DNA from: an uncultured delta proteobacterium | Lineage (GTDB): Bacteria > Desulfobacterota > RBG-13-43-22 | Length of the DNA stretch: 60,574 nt | Direction: 5' to 3' | NCBI GenBank assembly: GCA_963843145.1 | Contig: CAWJJC010000014.1 | Coordinates: 1 to 60,574, forward strand | In this document: in pieces, positions 30,799 to 41,090 of the stretch | Position numbering within the stretch: position 1 is the first letter of the stretch | Layout: every line of letters starts with the position of its first letter | Program-made: the position numbers and the translations under genes | The notes under the pieces: generated by a model | Databases searched by the model: none | What the model was told of the DNA's origin: nothing | What the model saw: the letters and a program-made list of their open reading frames with translations, nothing else

Positions 30799-31947
30799 TT
30801 ATTTCCCTTTAATCAGATTATTGGCAATCACCACCCGCATGATCTCATTGGTGCCCTCGTAGATCTGGGTGATCTTGGCGTCCCGCATATGGCGTTCCAT
30901 GGGGTATTCTCGACAATAGCCGTACCCCCCCAGGATCTGAACCCCTTCAATCGAGGCCTTCATGGCCGCATCGGAAGCGAACATTTTGGCCATGGCCGCG
31001 GCTTTTTCGTGGGGCAGGTGGTTGTCTTCCAGCCAGGCCGCTTTGAGGGTCAGCAGTTCGGCGGCGTCCAACTCGGTGGCCATGTCGGCCAGCTTCCACT
31101 GGATGGCCTGGAAGGTGGCGATAGGTTTACCGAATTGTTCCCGGGTTTTGGCGTATTCCAAGGCCTCTTCCAGCGACGCCCGGCCGATGCCGATGGCTTG
31201 GGAAGCGATCCCGACCCGGCCTCCATCGAGGGTGGTCAACATCTGTTTGAACCCGTCCCCGGGATTGCCCAATAAGGCATCTTTAGGGACCCGGGCATTG
31301 TCAAAAACCAGTTCCGCCGTCCCGGAGGCGTTAATACCCAGTTTTTCTTCCACCCGGCCTAGGGAGAAACCCGGGGTATTTTCAAAATCTACCACAAAGG
31401 AGCTGATTCCCTTATAGCCTTTTCCTTTTTCGGTAACCGCGGCCACCACGCCATATCGGGAGACGTTGCCGTTGGTGATAAACTTTTTTTCCCCGTTAAT
31501 GATCCATTCATCCCCCTCCAGGACGGCGGTGGTCCGCATGCCGGCCGGGTCCGAGCCGGCCCCGGCCTCGGTCAAGCCGAAGCAGCCCAGGGTTTCGCCG
31601 CTGGCCACCGGCTTCAGATATTTCATTTTCTGCTCGGGCGTCCCGAAGGCCATGACCGGAAAACAGTACAGGGAATTATTCACCGACATGATGACGCCGG
31701 TGGAGGCGCAGGCCTTGGAGATCTCAATCAGGGCCAGCACGTAGCTAACGTAATCCATGCCGCCGCCGCCGTATTCCTCGGGAACGGCAATGCCCAGAAA
31801 GCCCAGTTCGGCCAGTTTCCGGCAGATCTCCGCCGGATGCTCATGGCTGGCATCCAGCTTGGCGGCCACGGGTTTGATTTCCGTCTCCGCGAAACGACGG
31901 GCCGTGTCCCGCACCATCTGCTGTTCCTCGGTCAACTCAAAGTTCAT
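30799..31947 (-). CDS. Acyl-CoA (butyryl-CoA-type) dehydrogenase
   Basis: CFGLTEAGAGSD, LDGGRVGIASQA, QIYEGTNEI. Confidence 0.95.
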   Translation of the reverse strand: MNFELTEEQQMVRDTARRFAETEIKPVAAKLDASHEHPAEICRKLAELGFLGIAVPEEYGGGGMDYVSYVLALIEISKACASTGVIMSVNNSLYCFPVMAFGTPEQKMKYLKPVASGETLGCFGLTEAGAGSDPAGMRTTAVLEGDEWIINGEKKFITNGNVSRYGVVAAVTEKGKGYKGISSFVVDFENTPGFSLGRVEEKLGINASGTAELVFDNARVPKDALLGNPGDGFKQMLTTLDGGRVGIASQAIGIGRASLEEALEYAKTREQFGKPIATFQAIQWKLADMATELDAAELLTLKAAWLEDNHLPHEKAAAMAKMFASDAAMKASIEGVQILGGYGYCREYPMERHMRDAKITQIYEGTNEIMRVVIANNLIKGK

Positions 31948-31969
31948 CCCTTTATTCTCCTTTTATTTG

Positions 31970-31999
31970 GTAGGGGCGGGGATGGGACCCTGCCCCTAC
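31970..31999. repeat. GTAG-type REP palindrome; relatives at 25442-25470 and 15210-15234
   Basis: gtaggggcggg-gatggga-ccctgcccctac; gcaggggcgggtttagcacccgcccctac; gggcgggtttggaacccgcctctac. Confidence 0.6.
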
Positions 32000-32023
32000 C
32001 CATTTTTTATTTGCAGTACGCGG

Positions 32024-32809
32024 CTAGATTTCTCCCTTGAAGTCCGGTTTTCTCTTCTCCAGAAAGGCATTCAGCCCTTCCTTGGCATCGGGGCTGGTGA
32101 AGGCGATGGCAAAGGCGTCCACTTCCATGGCGCAGCCGTTGCGCAGATCCACGTCATAGCCCCGGTTGATGGTGTGTTTGATGGCCCGGAGGGCCGCCCG
32201 GCCTTTGGAAGCGATCGCTTTGGCTGTTTTCCGGGTTTCTTCCATGAGCTTATCTGGAGGAAATACCTTGTTGACCAGGCCTATCTCTTTGGCCTCCTGG
32301 GCCGAAATCATCGCCCCGGTCAGACAGAGCTCTCGGGCCCAGCCCTTGCCCACCAGGCGGGCCAGCCGCTGGGTCCCGCCGAAACCGGGGATGATCCCCA
32401 GGTTGATCTCCGGCTGCCCGAATTTGGCGTTTTCCGAGGCATAGATAAAATCGCAGGACATGGCGATTTCCGTGCCTCCGCCCAGAGCGAAACCATTCAC
32501 CGCCGCGATAATGGGTATCTCGGCATTTTCCATGGCAAAGAGGACTTCCTGCCCGGCCGCGGAAAATCGTTTGGACTCCAACGGGGTTTGCTTAGCCATG
32601 GTGCCGATGTCCGCCCCGGCGACGAAGGCCTTGTCGCCGGTCCCGGTCAAGATAGCCACCCGGACATCCGGGTTCCGGCTGATTTCTTTCAACGCCGCCC
32701 CGATCTCCTCCATCACCTGCGGATTCAAGGCATTCAGGGCCTTGGGCCGGTTAACGGAAATCGTGGCGATCCCCTCTGCTATCTCCAACAAAATCAATTC
32801 GTAGGCCAT
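32024..32809 (-). CDS. crt: Enoyl-CoA hydratase (crotonase)
   Basis: NRPKALNAL, AFVAGADI, GFALGGGTE, GQPEINLGIIPGFGGTQRL. Start at ATG 32809. Confidence 0.93.
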   Translation of the reverse strand: MAYELILLEIAEGIATISVNRPKALNALNPQVMEEIGAALKEISRNPDVRVAILTGTGDKAFVAGADIGTMAKQTPLESKRFSAAGQEVLFAMENAEIPIIAAVNGFALGGGTEIAMSCDFIYASENAKFGQPEINLGIIPGFGGTQRLARLVGKGWARELCLTGAMISAQEAKEIGLVNKVFPPDKLMEETRKTAKAIASKGRAALRAIKHTINRGYDVDLRNGCAMEVDAFAIAFTSPDAKEGLNAFLEKRKPDFKGEI

Positions 32810-32901
32810 ATCTTTGTCTCCTTCTATTCGTTTATTAAGTTTACCTTTTGCATTTTTTTCTTCCATCTTCCATCTTCCTTCTTCCCTCTTCCATCTTGTC
32901 T

Positions 32902-34080
32902 TTACTTCCTCTCCAAAATCAAGGCCGCTCCCATACCGCCGCCGACGCACAGGGTGGCCAGGCCTAACCTGGAATCCCGTTTGATCATCTCAAACAGCAG
33001 GGTGTTCAGGATCCGCGCCCCGCTGGCCCCGATGGGATGGCCGATGGCGATAGCCCCGCCGTTGACGTTGACTTTTTCGATAGGCCAGCCCATCTCACGG
33101 TTGACGATGGCCGCCTGGGAGGCGAAGGCCTCGTTGGCCTCGATCAGATCCAGGTCCTTCACCGTCAGGCCGGCCTTGGCCAGGGCCTTCTTACAGGCCG
33201 GGATCGGGCCGGTGCCCATGATGGTGGGGTCCACCCCGGCGGTGGCATAAGACTTGACATAGGCCAGGGGCTCCAATCCCAATGCCTGGGCCTTGTCCGC
33301 GGACATAACTACAAAGGCGGCCCCCCCGTCGTTGATCCCCGAGGCGTTCCCGGCGGTGACGGTCCCGTCCTTCTTGAAGGCCGGTTTCAGCGCTCCCAGG
33401 GCTTCCAGGGTAGTACCCCGGGGGTGTTCATCGGTGTCGAACAAAACCGGTTCGCCCTTGCGCTGGGGGATGGGCACCGGCACGATCTCCTCTTTGAAAC
33501 GCCCCTCCTTGATCGCCCGCTGGGCGTTGTCCTGGCTGCGCAGAGCCAGTTCATCCTGTTCCTTCCGGCTGACGTTGAACCGGGAGGCCACGTTCTCCGC
33601 GGTGATCCCCATGTGATACTGGTTGAACACGTCCAGTAATCCGTCGTAAATCATCAGGTCCACCATCTCGGAACTGCCCATCCGCGCCCCCCAGCGGGCC
33701 GCCCGGAGGGCGTAAGGGGCCTGGCTCATGCTCTCCATTCCGCCGGCCACGACGATTTCGGCGTCCTCGGACTTGATAGCCTGAGCGGCCAGCATGACCG
33801 CTTTCAGTCCCGAGGCGCAGACCTTGTTGATGGTCTGGGCCGGGGTCTCCTGGGAAATCCCGGAATGGATCAACACCTGCCGGGCGGTATTCTGCCCCAG
33901 ACCGGCTTGAAGGACATTGCCTAAAATGACTTCATCAACCTGGTCCGGGGCCACCTTAGCCCGCCTCAGGGCCTCCTGCACGGCGATTACGCCCAACTTA
34001 ACCGCGGGGATATCTTTTAAAGCACCTCCAAATCGGCCCACCGCTGTCCGGGCCGCACCTACGATAACGACTTCTTTCAT
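32902..34080 (-). CDS. Acetyl-CoA C-acetyltransferase (thiolase)
   Basis: [27 protein letters not shown]. Confidence 0.96.
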   Translation of the reverse strand: MKEVVIVGAARTAVGRFGGALKDIPAVKLGVIAVQEALRRAKVAPDQVDEVILGNVLQAGLGQNTARQVLIHSGISQETPAQTINKVCASGLKAVMLAAQAIKSEDAEIVVAGGMESMSQAPYALRAARWGARMGSSEMVDLMIYDGLLDVFNQYHMGITAENVASRFNVSRKEQDELALRSQDNAQRAIKEGRFKEEIVPVPIPQRKGEPVLFDTDEHPRGTTLEALGALKPAFKKDGTVTAGNASGINDGGAAFVVMSADKAQALGLEPLAYVKSYATAGVDPTIMGTGPIPACKKALAKAGLTVKDLDLIEANEAFASQAAIVNREMGWPIEKVNVNGGAIAIGHPIGASGARILNTLLFEMIKRDSRLGLATLCVGGGMGAALILERK

Positions 34081-34152
34081 GGTTCTCTCCTTCTATATTA
34101 TTTCAACCGCAAAGGCGCAAAGAGCGCAAAGAATTATGTTGCGGAATGAGTA

Positions 34153-35337
34153 CTAAATCAAATTTTCCACAATCAAACTGACCGCCTCCCCGCCTCCCAG
34201 GCAGAGGGAGGCCATACCTCGTTTCGCTTGGCGATCTTTCAGGGCAGAGAGCAGGGTGACCAGGACCCGGGCGCCGCTGGCTCCGATGGGATGTCCCAAG
34301 GCCACGGACCCGCCCTGGACGTTGGTTTTTTCCGGGTCCAGCCCCAGCTCTTTGATCACCGCCACGGTGGAAGAGGAAAAAGCCTCATTGACCTCCTGCA
34401 GATCGATATCCGCCACGGCCAAGCCGGCCTTTTTCAGGACCTTGGGAATCGAAAGGAGGGGGGCCACCAGGACGTACTTGGGATCCAGCCCGGACGAACC
34501 CTGGGCGCCGACCCTGAACAGCGGCTTAACTCCCAGTTCCCTGGCCTTGGAAGCGCTCATCAACACCACCGCTGCCGCCCCATCACTGATCTTAGACGAA
34601 TTTCCGGCCGTGACCGTGCCCCCCTTCTTAAAAGCCGGCCGCAAGCCGGATAAGGCTTCCAAGCTGGTCTCCTTAACGATCTCGTCAAAATCCACCACCA
34701 AGGGCGGTTTCCCTTTTTTTTGTGGAATGCTGATCGGCAGGATTTGATCCTTGAACTTCCCTTCAGCCCTGGCCTTCAGTGCCCTCTGGTAGGATTGATA
34801 GGCAAACCGATCCTGATCGTCCCGGGTCACGCCGTATTTTTCCGCGCAATACTCGGCGCTCACCCCCATCAGAAAATCATTGTTGATATCCCGCAGGCCA
34901 TCGTGATCCAAACTGTCCAATAAGGTCCCGTTGCCCATTCGATATCCGGTCCGGGCCTTTTCCAGGAAATAGGGGGCCCGGCTCATGCTCTCCATTCCGC
35001 CGGCCACGACAACCTCGGCGTCTTTTGCGGCAATGGCCTGGGCGGCCAGCATGACCGACTTGAGCCCCGATCCGCAGACCTTGTTCACTGTGATGGCTCC
35101 CACCTCATAGGGAAGGTCGGCCTTCAACATGGCTTGCCGGGCGGGATTCTGCCCCAACCCCCCGGGCAGCACATTGCCCATGATGACTTCGTCCACCTGT
35201 TCTTTGGCGATCCCGGCCCGCTGGATCGCTTCGCCAATCACCAGGGAGCCTAACTCCGTGGCCGTAAGACCGCTCAACGTCCCGTTAAAAGACCCGACAG
35301 GGGTCCGGACCGCGCTGACAATATAGACCTCTTCCAT
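34153..35337 (-). CDS. Acetyl-CoA C-acyltransferase (thiolase), second paralogue
   Basis: [27 protein letters not shown]. Start at ATG 35337 after AAGGAG. Confidence 0.95.
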   Translation of the reverse strand: MEEVYIVSAVRTPVGSFNGTLSGLTATELGSLVIGEAIQRAGIAKEQVDEVIMGNVLPGGLGQNPARQAMLKADLPYEVGAITVNKVCGSGLKSVMLAAQAIAAKDAEVVVAGGMESMSRAPYFLEKARTGYRMGNGTLLDSLDHDGLRDINNDFLMGVSAEYCAEKYGVTRDDQDRFAYQSYQRALKARAEGKFKDQILPISIPQKKGKPPLVVDFDEIVKETSLEALSGLRPAFKKGGTVTAGNSSKISDGAAAVVLMSASKARELGVKPLFRVGAQGSSGLDPKYVLVAPLLSIPKVLKKAGLAVADIDLQEVNEAFSSSTVAVIKELGLDPEKTNVQGGSVALGHPIGASGARVLVTLLSALKDRQAKRGMASLCLGGGEAVSLIVENLI

Positions 35338-35540
35338 TTTTTTCACTCCTTCGCCCCTGATCAAGGATCGGTCGAGAGTTCTTTTTGCTAATCTGAAAAA
35401 GATGGCCGCCTAAAAAAATCCTTTTCGAGGTGATACCCTTATAGGATTTTTCGTCTGCTTTGTCAATTCTTTTGTATTCCCCGCATCTTAAGTTTTTAAT
35501 GTTATTTTGACTGGTTAGGCAATATGACTTTTTCTTTTTA

Positions 35541-35645
35541 GGTTCGAGGTCCGGTGTATTCCTGGAATACCCCGTCGCCGAGACCCGGCGATCATTCTGG
35601 AGATGGGGGGGGGAAGTATCCACTGAATAAAGGGCGAAGCGACAA
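35541..35645. repeat. Diverged single-arm copy of the 5316-5638 element
   Basis: ttcgaggtccggtgtattcctggaatacccgtcgccgagacccggcga...aaagggcgaa aligns with ttcgaagtccggagtacctctggaaaaccctttcgccgagacccggcgg...aaaggacgaa. Confidence 0.7.
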
Positions 35646-35937
35646 AAAAGAAAGCCCCCTTACTGGCGTAAAGAGGCTTTCCAGTCTTCTACCCCGGGTT
35701 GATGCGGGAAAAGAAGAGGGGATATGGATTTTGTTTAATTATCATGACCTAAGAAATTAAGCAATATTTTTTATTGATTTTAATTTATTTATAGGATTTT
35801 TTTCTTTTCTCATGGCCTAAAATCTTAAAGACCCGGAAGACTAAATTGCGGATAGATCACCAGGGACCCGGTGATGCTTTGCAAAACCTTTTAAAATGAA
35901 TTATTTTATGAAAAACGGGATATAGAGGTTCAGTCTT

Positions 35938-37131
35938 ATGAGGATCATTTTTTTTGCCGGTAAAGGGGGCGTGGGCAAAACCAGCGTTGCCGCGGCTACC
36001 GGGATCAAGACGGCCGAGATGGGCAAAAAGACCCTGATCATGTCACTAGACGTGGCCCACAGCCTCATCGATATTTTTGACCTGGGCCGAAACCTTCTGG
36101 ACCAGAACCGGGGAAAACCCGTCAAGATCCGGGAAAATTTATGGCTCCAAGAGCTGGACATCCAGGAAGAAATTCAGAAGAATTGGGGATCCATCCACAA
36201 GTATCTGTCTTTACTGTTGAATACCACCGGTTTGAATGAAATTTTGGCTGAAGAACTGGCCATTTTGCCGGGCATGGAAGAAGTCAGCCTGCTGCTCTAC
36301 ATCAATCAATACATCCAGCGAAAAAAATTTGAGGTCATCATCCTGGACTGCGCGCCCACAGGGGAATCGTTGCGTTTTATCAGCATCCCCACTACCCTGG
36401 AATGGTATATGAGCAAGGTCTTCAAAATGGAGCGAACCCTGGTCAAAGTCGCCCGCCCCATTGCCAAACGAATATACAATGTCCCCCTGCCGGGAGATGA
36501 TTACTTCGAGACCCTGGAAAAACTCTTCGAGCGGTTGAAGGGGGTGGATCAGATTCTAACCGACCCCCGATGCACCACCGTCCGCCTGGTGGCCAACCCA
36601 GAAAAAATCGTTCTCAAAGAGACTCAGCGGGCCTACATGTATTTTTGCCTCTACCGGATGTCGATCGACGCCATCGTCATGAACCGCATCTTTCCCAAAG
36701 GGGTCCGGGACGCCTATTTCAGCGAGTGGAAAAAAAGCCAGGAGACCTGCCGGAAAATGGCGGAGGAATATTTCAGCCCCCTGCCCATCTTTTCGGTCCC
36801 TCTTTTCCGGGAAGAGATTCTGGGTTATGAACAATTGAAACGACTGGCGGACGAGCTCTACGCCGGGAAGAACCCTTTGGATCATTTTTACTCCGGGGAG
36901 CTTTACCGCCTGGAAAAGAAGGACGGCGCCTACCGGCTCCTCCTAAAACTGCCCTTCGCTTCCAAGGAGGATATCGTTCTGAATACCTTTACGGAAGAAC
37001 TGTCTATCCGTCTGGGCAGTTACAAACGATTGATCCCTCTGCCTCGACCCGTGGCCGGCCTCAGGTCGGTCAGGGCTAAAATGGAGGGGGAAACCCTGCA
37101 AATTACCTTTGAAGGAGAAAAAAATGCCTAA
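35938..37131 (+). CDS. ArsA/GET3-family ATPase with C-terminal HSP20-like domain
   Basis: GKGGVGKT, SLDVAHSL, LPGMEE, DCAPTG, beta-rich tail (LKLPFASKEDI...YKRLIPLP). Confidence 0.9.
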   Translation: MRIIFFAGKGGVGKTSVAAATGIKTAEMGKKTLIMSLDVAHSLIDIFDLGRNLLDQNRGKPVKIRENLWLQELDIQEEIQKNWGSIHKYLSLLLNTTGLNEILAEELAILPGMEEVSLLLYINQYIQRKKFEVIILDCAPTGESLRFISIPTTLEWYMSKVFKMERTLVKVARPIAKRIYNVPLPGDDYFETLEKLFERLKGVDQILTDPRCTTVRLVANPEKIVLKETQRAYMYFCLYRMSIDAIVMNRIFPKGVRDAYFSEWKKSQETCRKMAEEYFSPLPIFSVPLFREEILGYEQLKRLADELYAGKNPLDHFYSGELYRLEKKDGAYRLLLKLPFASKEDIVLNTFTEELSIRLGSYKRLIPLPRPVAGLRSVRAKMEGETLQITFEGEKNA

Positions 37132-37351
37132 AGAGAAAGAAAATCCAGAAACCATGGGCTGCCCGGTAGCCCGGTTTTTTACCGAGATGGAGAAGACCTA
37201 CGGGAAGAAATCCACCTTTTTTTCCCACCTCCACCAGTCGCAGATAGAATTTCTTAAGGCCATTCGGTCCCTGGTGGACGACCGGATCGGTGAATTGGAA
37301 AAGAAAAAAGAAGGAGGCCGGAAAAAGGCCACCCGGGTCGAAGTGGAGTGA
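37124..37351 (+). CDS. Small coiled-coil protein coupled to the ArsA/GET3 gene
   Basis: ATG 37124 after GAAGGAG overlaps the arsA stop; EFLKAIRSLVDDRIGELEKK. Confidence 0.75.
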   Translation: MPKEKENPETMGCPVARFFTEMEKTYGKKSTFFSHLHQSQIEFLKAIRSLVDDRIGELEKKKEGGRKKATRVEVE

Positions 37352-37543
37352 GCGGATAAAATACATCGTGAAAATCTGTCCGCTCTCTAGTTTTTTTTGC
37401 CCTTATATCCTACGGTCGGCAAAAAAATATTTATAATTTTTGTGAAATCTCCGATAGATTATGCAGGTGGGGGAATGGGTTCAAAAAAGGATTCCCCCTT
37501 AACAAAAATTAGGTAATGATATCGAGACGGGTTTTATTCGCCC

Positions 37544-39124
37544 ATGGATCCTGTGCCTCCTATGAATACCCTGCGCCTTGAAAATGCTCTTAAACCCGAA
37601 GATCTGGCATTAACTGCAAGCGCTCAATCCTTAATGGAGTGGGCCTTTGAAAGCTCCCCGGTGGCCACCCTGTTCATCGCCCCGGACGAAACCCTCCTCC
37701 GATGGAACCAAAAAGCCGCTGAAGATCTTATTCCGACTCACGCTGAAAACCGTCCTCTCTTCCTTTATGATTTGTTTGTGAATCGGGAGGACGCGGATCT
37801 TTTGTTATTTATCACCAATCAGCGAGATGAACCGGCTATACGGGAGACGGCCCTTAAAACTCCGGAGGGGACCACCGTGCCCTGCGAAGTTACCCTGCTG
37901 CCCTGCTCAAAGAAAATCGGGGACTCGCAGGAAAGGATTTGTTTTATTCGGGACCTGGGTGAAATCAAAGCAAGTCAGGCGGTGGCCTTGGATTTCCAGG
38001 GTCAACTAAAAACGGAAGTGGAAGAACGTCAGCAGGCCGAAGACGCCCTGCAGCAGACCACGTCCAAGTTGCAGGAGATGGTTTACGAATACGGACGCAG
38101 AAATCGGGATACCACCATTCTCCGGGAAATGAGCGAGTTCCTGCAGGCCTGTCAGAGCACCGAGGAGACCTACCCGTTGATCGCCCGTTTTGCCCGGGAA
38201 CTTTTTCCCAATACCTCGGGGTCTCTCTTTATGCTCCAATCCCGCGACGATGTTCTGGAATCGGTCAGCATCTGGGGTGAACCGGTTCTGTCCGTTCGGA
38301 TCTTTGACTCCCAGGACTGTTGGGCCGTTCGACGGGGCCGAATCCATCAGGTCGTGGAAAAAGATCCTTTGATGACCTGTCGCCACCTGAAAGATTATGA
38401 AGGCCCTTCTTCGACCTGCATCCCCCTCATCAACCAGGGTCAGGCCATTGGAATGTTGCACCTCCAATCCGTCGACGATACCGGTCTCCAGCCCGATGCC
38501 TTCCTGTCCGGTCCGCCTGACCTGCCGGATGAAAAATTGGTGGCTACCTTCACCGACCACATCGCCTTGGCCCTGTCCAATTTAAGGTTAAAGCAGAAAC
38601 TCTATCAGTTGGCCATCCAGGACGGTTTGACCGGACTTCATAACCGGAGATACATGGAAGAATCTTTGGAGCGGGAAATCCATCGGGCCAAACGAAAAGG
38701 CACCTCCTTGGGGATCCTCATGCTCGATATCGACCATTTTAAATATTTCAACGACCAGCATGGCCACGAGGCCGGGGATATGTTGCTTAAGGCCCTGGGA
38801 AATTATCTTAAAACCAGCGTCCGGGCGGATGATATCGCCTGCCGCTACGGCGGGGAAGAATTCACGTTGATCCTTCCGGAGTTGACCCTGGAGGCGGCCC
38901 TCATGAGGGCCGAAGCGATACGGGCGGGCGTTGACCAGCTCCGGGTCAATTACCGCGGCCTGGAACTGGAGAAAATCACCCTATCCATCGGCATCGCCCT
39001 ATTCCCGCAACACGGAACTACCTGGGAGCACACCCTGCGGGAGGCCGACAAGGCCCTCTATGAAGCCAAGGAAAGCGGCCGCAACCGGGTGGTCGCCGCC
39101 CGCCAAATCCTGCCTGAATCGTAA
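37544..39124 (+). CDS. PAS/GAF diguanylate cyclase
   Basis: DGLTGLHNRR, DIDHFK, RADD I-site, RYGGEEF, ADKALYEAK. Confidence 0.93.
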   Translation: MDPVPPMNTLRLENALKPEDLALTASAQSLMEWAFESSPVATLFIAPDETLLRWNQKAAEDLIPTHAENRPLFLYDLFVNREDADLLLFITNQRDEPAIRETALKTPEGTTVPCEVTLLPCSKKIGDSQERICFIRDLGEIKASQAVALDFQGQLKTEVEERQQAEDALQQTTSKLQEMVYEYGRRNRDTTILREMSEFLQACQSTEETYPLIARFARELFPNTSGSLFMLQSRDDVLESVSIWGEPVLSVRIFDSQDCWAVRRGRIHQVVEKDPLMTCRHLKDYEGPSSTCIPLINQGQAIGMLHLQSVDDTGLQPDAFLSGPPDLPDEKLVATFTDHIALALSNLRLKQKLYQLAIQDGLTGLHNRRYMEESLEREIHRAKRKGTSLGILMLDIDHFKYFNDQHGHEAGDMLLKALGNYLKTSVRADDIACRYGGEEFTLILPELTLEAALMRAEAIRAGVDQLRVNYRGLELEKITLSIGIALFPQHGTTWEHTLREADKALYEAKESGRNRVVAARQILPES

Positions 39125-39295
39125 CCGGCAACAAATCACTATTCAAGACCCGGGACCTGAACCGCAGTACCTATCAGATCTTTGACGACCAGATCGTCGG
39201 CACCAGCCGCTTTAAATTCGGAACTCCCCCTTCCGGCATGAGAAGCGCGGCTTTAATAATCCGGGCCATGGGTGGGAAATAAAAAATAGCCGATA

Positions 39296-39553
39296 TCAGG
39301 GCCAATCCGAACCGACCCGCTGCCTTTCACCCGGCTCTGGGTTGAAAAGATCCCTAAGTATGCTTTCGGCCTCTTCCAGGCGGGAATCATCGACCATTAT
39401 GGTTCCCCAGCCTTTCTGAGCCACAAACAGCCCATCATAAGCGCTGTCTTTATATTCCCTGAGAAGGAAAGGAATGGCCTCTTTTCTCAGGGCATCGGTC
39501 AGTAGATCGGCTTGAAACTGGTTATCCAGGGTAGCGATTTCTTTCCACTTCAA
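39296..39553 (-). CDS. DUF2007-like putative signal-transducing protein
   Basis: NQFQADLLTDALRKEAIP...DSAYDGLF...GWG. TTG start. Confidence 0.7.
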   Translation of the reverse strand: MKWKEIATLDNQFQADLLTDALRKEAIPFLLREYKDSAYDGLFVAQKGWGTIMVDDSRLEEAESILRDLFNPEPGERQRVGSDWP

Positions 39554-39595
39554 TTTTTTTCTCTATTAAAGAAATTATTTAATTACTATCTTAAA

Positions 39596-40777
39596 CTAGT
39601 TAAATATAAAAGGGAAATACTGTCTATAAAAGTCGCGGTACAAGGCAATGTCATCCAAATGAATATCATTTCCAAGACCATTTCCTAAACCGCCGATTCC
39701 CAAGAAACCGATCCTCACCTGGGATTGTCCCAAATAAGGTTGGAGGTCCACTTTATAGGGTTTCCAGCCCTGATAGCCATCGTAGCGTTTGATTTCGGGA
39801 CCGGCATTCTGCCAGAGGCTCCCATCCGTGGAAACCTGGACCTGAAGCCGGTCATTGGACCCGTCTTTTTCCAGGTCGTGATACATCCAGAAGGTCAGGA
39901 ACACTTCCGTCGCCGTCCTTAAATCGAAGCCGTAGGCATAGTTAAGTCTGGTCTGGGTCCCCGCTCCGGTTGAAAAAGAATTAAAGTAAATCAGGTAAGG
40001 GGAACTATGGGTCGGGTATCCGGCAGGGTGGCTGGTTTCCAAATAGGGCTTCCAATCGCCACCCAAATTCACTACCGGGCTGATAATCCAGGACGAGGAA
40101 AGCTTTCCCGGAGGGCTCAGGTTATCAAAGTTTTCGTTTAACAAAGTGGCCATAGGTACTTTGATTTCCATCGCTAAATCATCCAGGTGGATGTCCCTTC
40201 CATGATCACTGATCCCGAGCACACCCACCAAGACGCCGGGTTGCCCAAGGTAGCCATCCAAGCTGGCTGAATGCTGCTTCCACCCAGTAGTTTCGTCGTA
40301 CCGGGGGATCTCCGAGCCTACCGGACTCCAATTAGCGCCACCATCCGTGGATACTTGAACTTGTAGACGATCATTATTCTTGGTTTCGATTTCGTGGTAC
40401 ATCTGGAAAGTTACGCTTGCCCCGGAAGCCTTTCTTAAATCCAGTGGGACATTGTAATATAACCTGGCCGACTCCCCGGGATCTAGCGTGTAGGCGTTAA
40501 AATAGATCAGGTTGGGTGAGCTGAAGGCCGGGGCTGCCGTTAAAAGGTGACTAGTCCCGTTTTTGGTAACCCAAGCCCCGGGGCCATTAACCGCCATGGA
40601 AACCCAGCCCTCAGGCAAGGTCGGAATCGGGGTTACGCCGTCAAAATTTTCTACCCATTCCGTAAAGAAGACCTCCGGCATTTGGCCGAGGGAAGAAGCG
40701 ACCGCCATTTCGAAAGGTGAAAACAAAAAATAAAAGAACAATAAAAGGCCGCCAATAGATAGCCACAATTTTGTCAA
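39596..40777 (-). CDS. Secreted protein with two tandem MAM/choice-of-anchor-J-like beta-sandwich repeats
   Basis: TTG 40777 after GGAGG, signal peptide, repeated ENFD...SPxLIYFN...MYH...NDRLQVQVSTDG...DIHLDD, C-terminal YFPFIFN. Confidence 0.8.
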   Translation of the reverse strand: MTKLWLSIGGLLLFFYFLFSPFEMAVASSLGQMPEVFFTEWVENFDGVTPIPTLPEGWVSMAVNGPGAWVTKNGTSHLLTAAPAFSSPNLIYFNAYTLDPGESARLYYNVPLDLRKASGASVTFQMYHEIETKNNDRLQVQVSTDGGANWSPVGSEIPRYDETTGWKQHSASLDGYLGQPGVLVGVLGISDHGRDIHLDDLAMEIKVPMATLLNENFDNLSPPGKLSSSWIISPVVNLGGDWKPYLETSHPAGYPTHSSPYLIYFNSFSTGAGTQTRLNYAYGFDLRTATEVFLTFWMYHDLEKDGSNDRLQVQVSTDGSLWQNAGPEIKRYDGYQGWKPYKVDLQPYLGQSQVRIGFLGIGGLGNGLGNDIHLDDIALYRDFYRQYFPFIFN

Positions 40778-40820
40778 ATTATCCCCCTCCTTCTTAACGA
40801 AAATAAAATCGGGTACCCCT

Positions 40821-40912
40821 GTCATTGCGAGTGGAGCGAAGCAATCCCCCGGGCGAGAGTATGAAACAGTATACACTCTCTGGGGGATTGCTTCGTCGCT
40901 CCTCGCAATGAC
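40821..40912. repeat. REP/RPE-like palindromic element
   Basis: gtcattgcgag...gaagcaatcccc / ggggattgcttcg...ctcgcaatgac. Confidence 0.75.
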
Positions 40913-41090
40913 CAGAGGGCCTGTGATTTTCATGCTCCGGGGTGCCCGACCCGTACATGAGGGTTTAATAACAATATGGATTTGCCATTGCAATAAAGCT
41001 ATTTTACAAATATTATATTGAAAACAAAATGTTGTCAATCATTTTTAATGTTTTAAATTAGGTCTAAAGAAAGAGCGAACCGGCGGACTC

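Noticed and set aside
35938-37131. Arsenic-resistance ArsA linked to the ArsM-like gene
   Set aside because: Single-domain GET3-like architecture with no arsB/arsD, and 12 kb away across unrelated genes.
40778-41038. N-terminal extension of the secreted protein
   Set aside because: It translates through a REP-like palindrome; the real start is TTG 40777.
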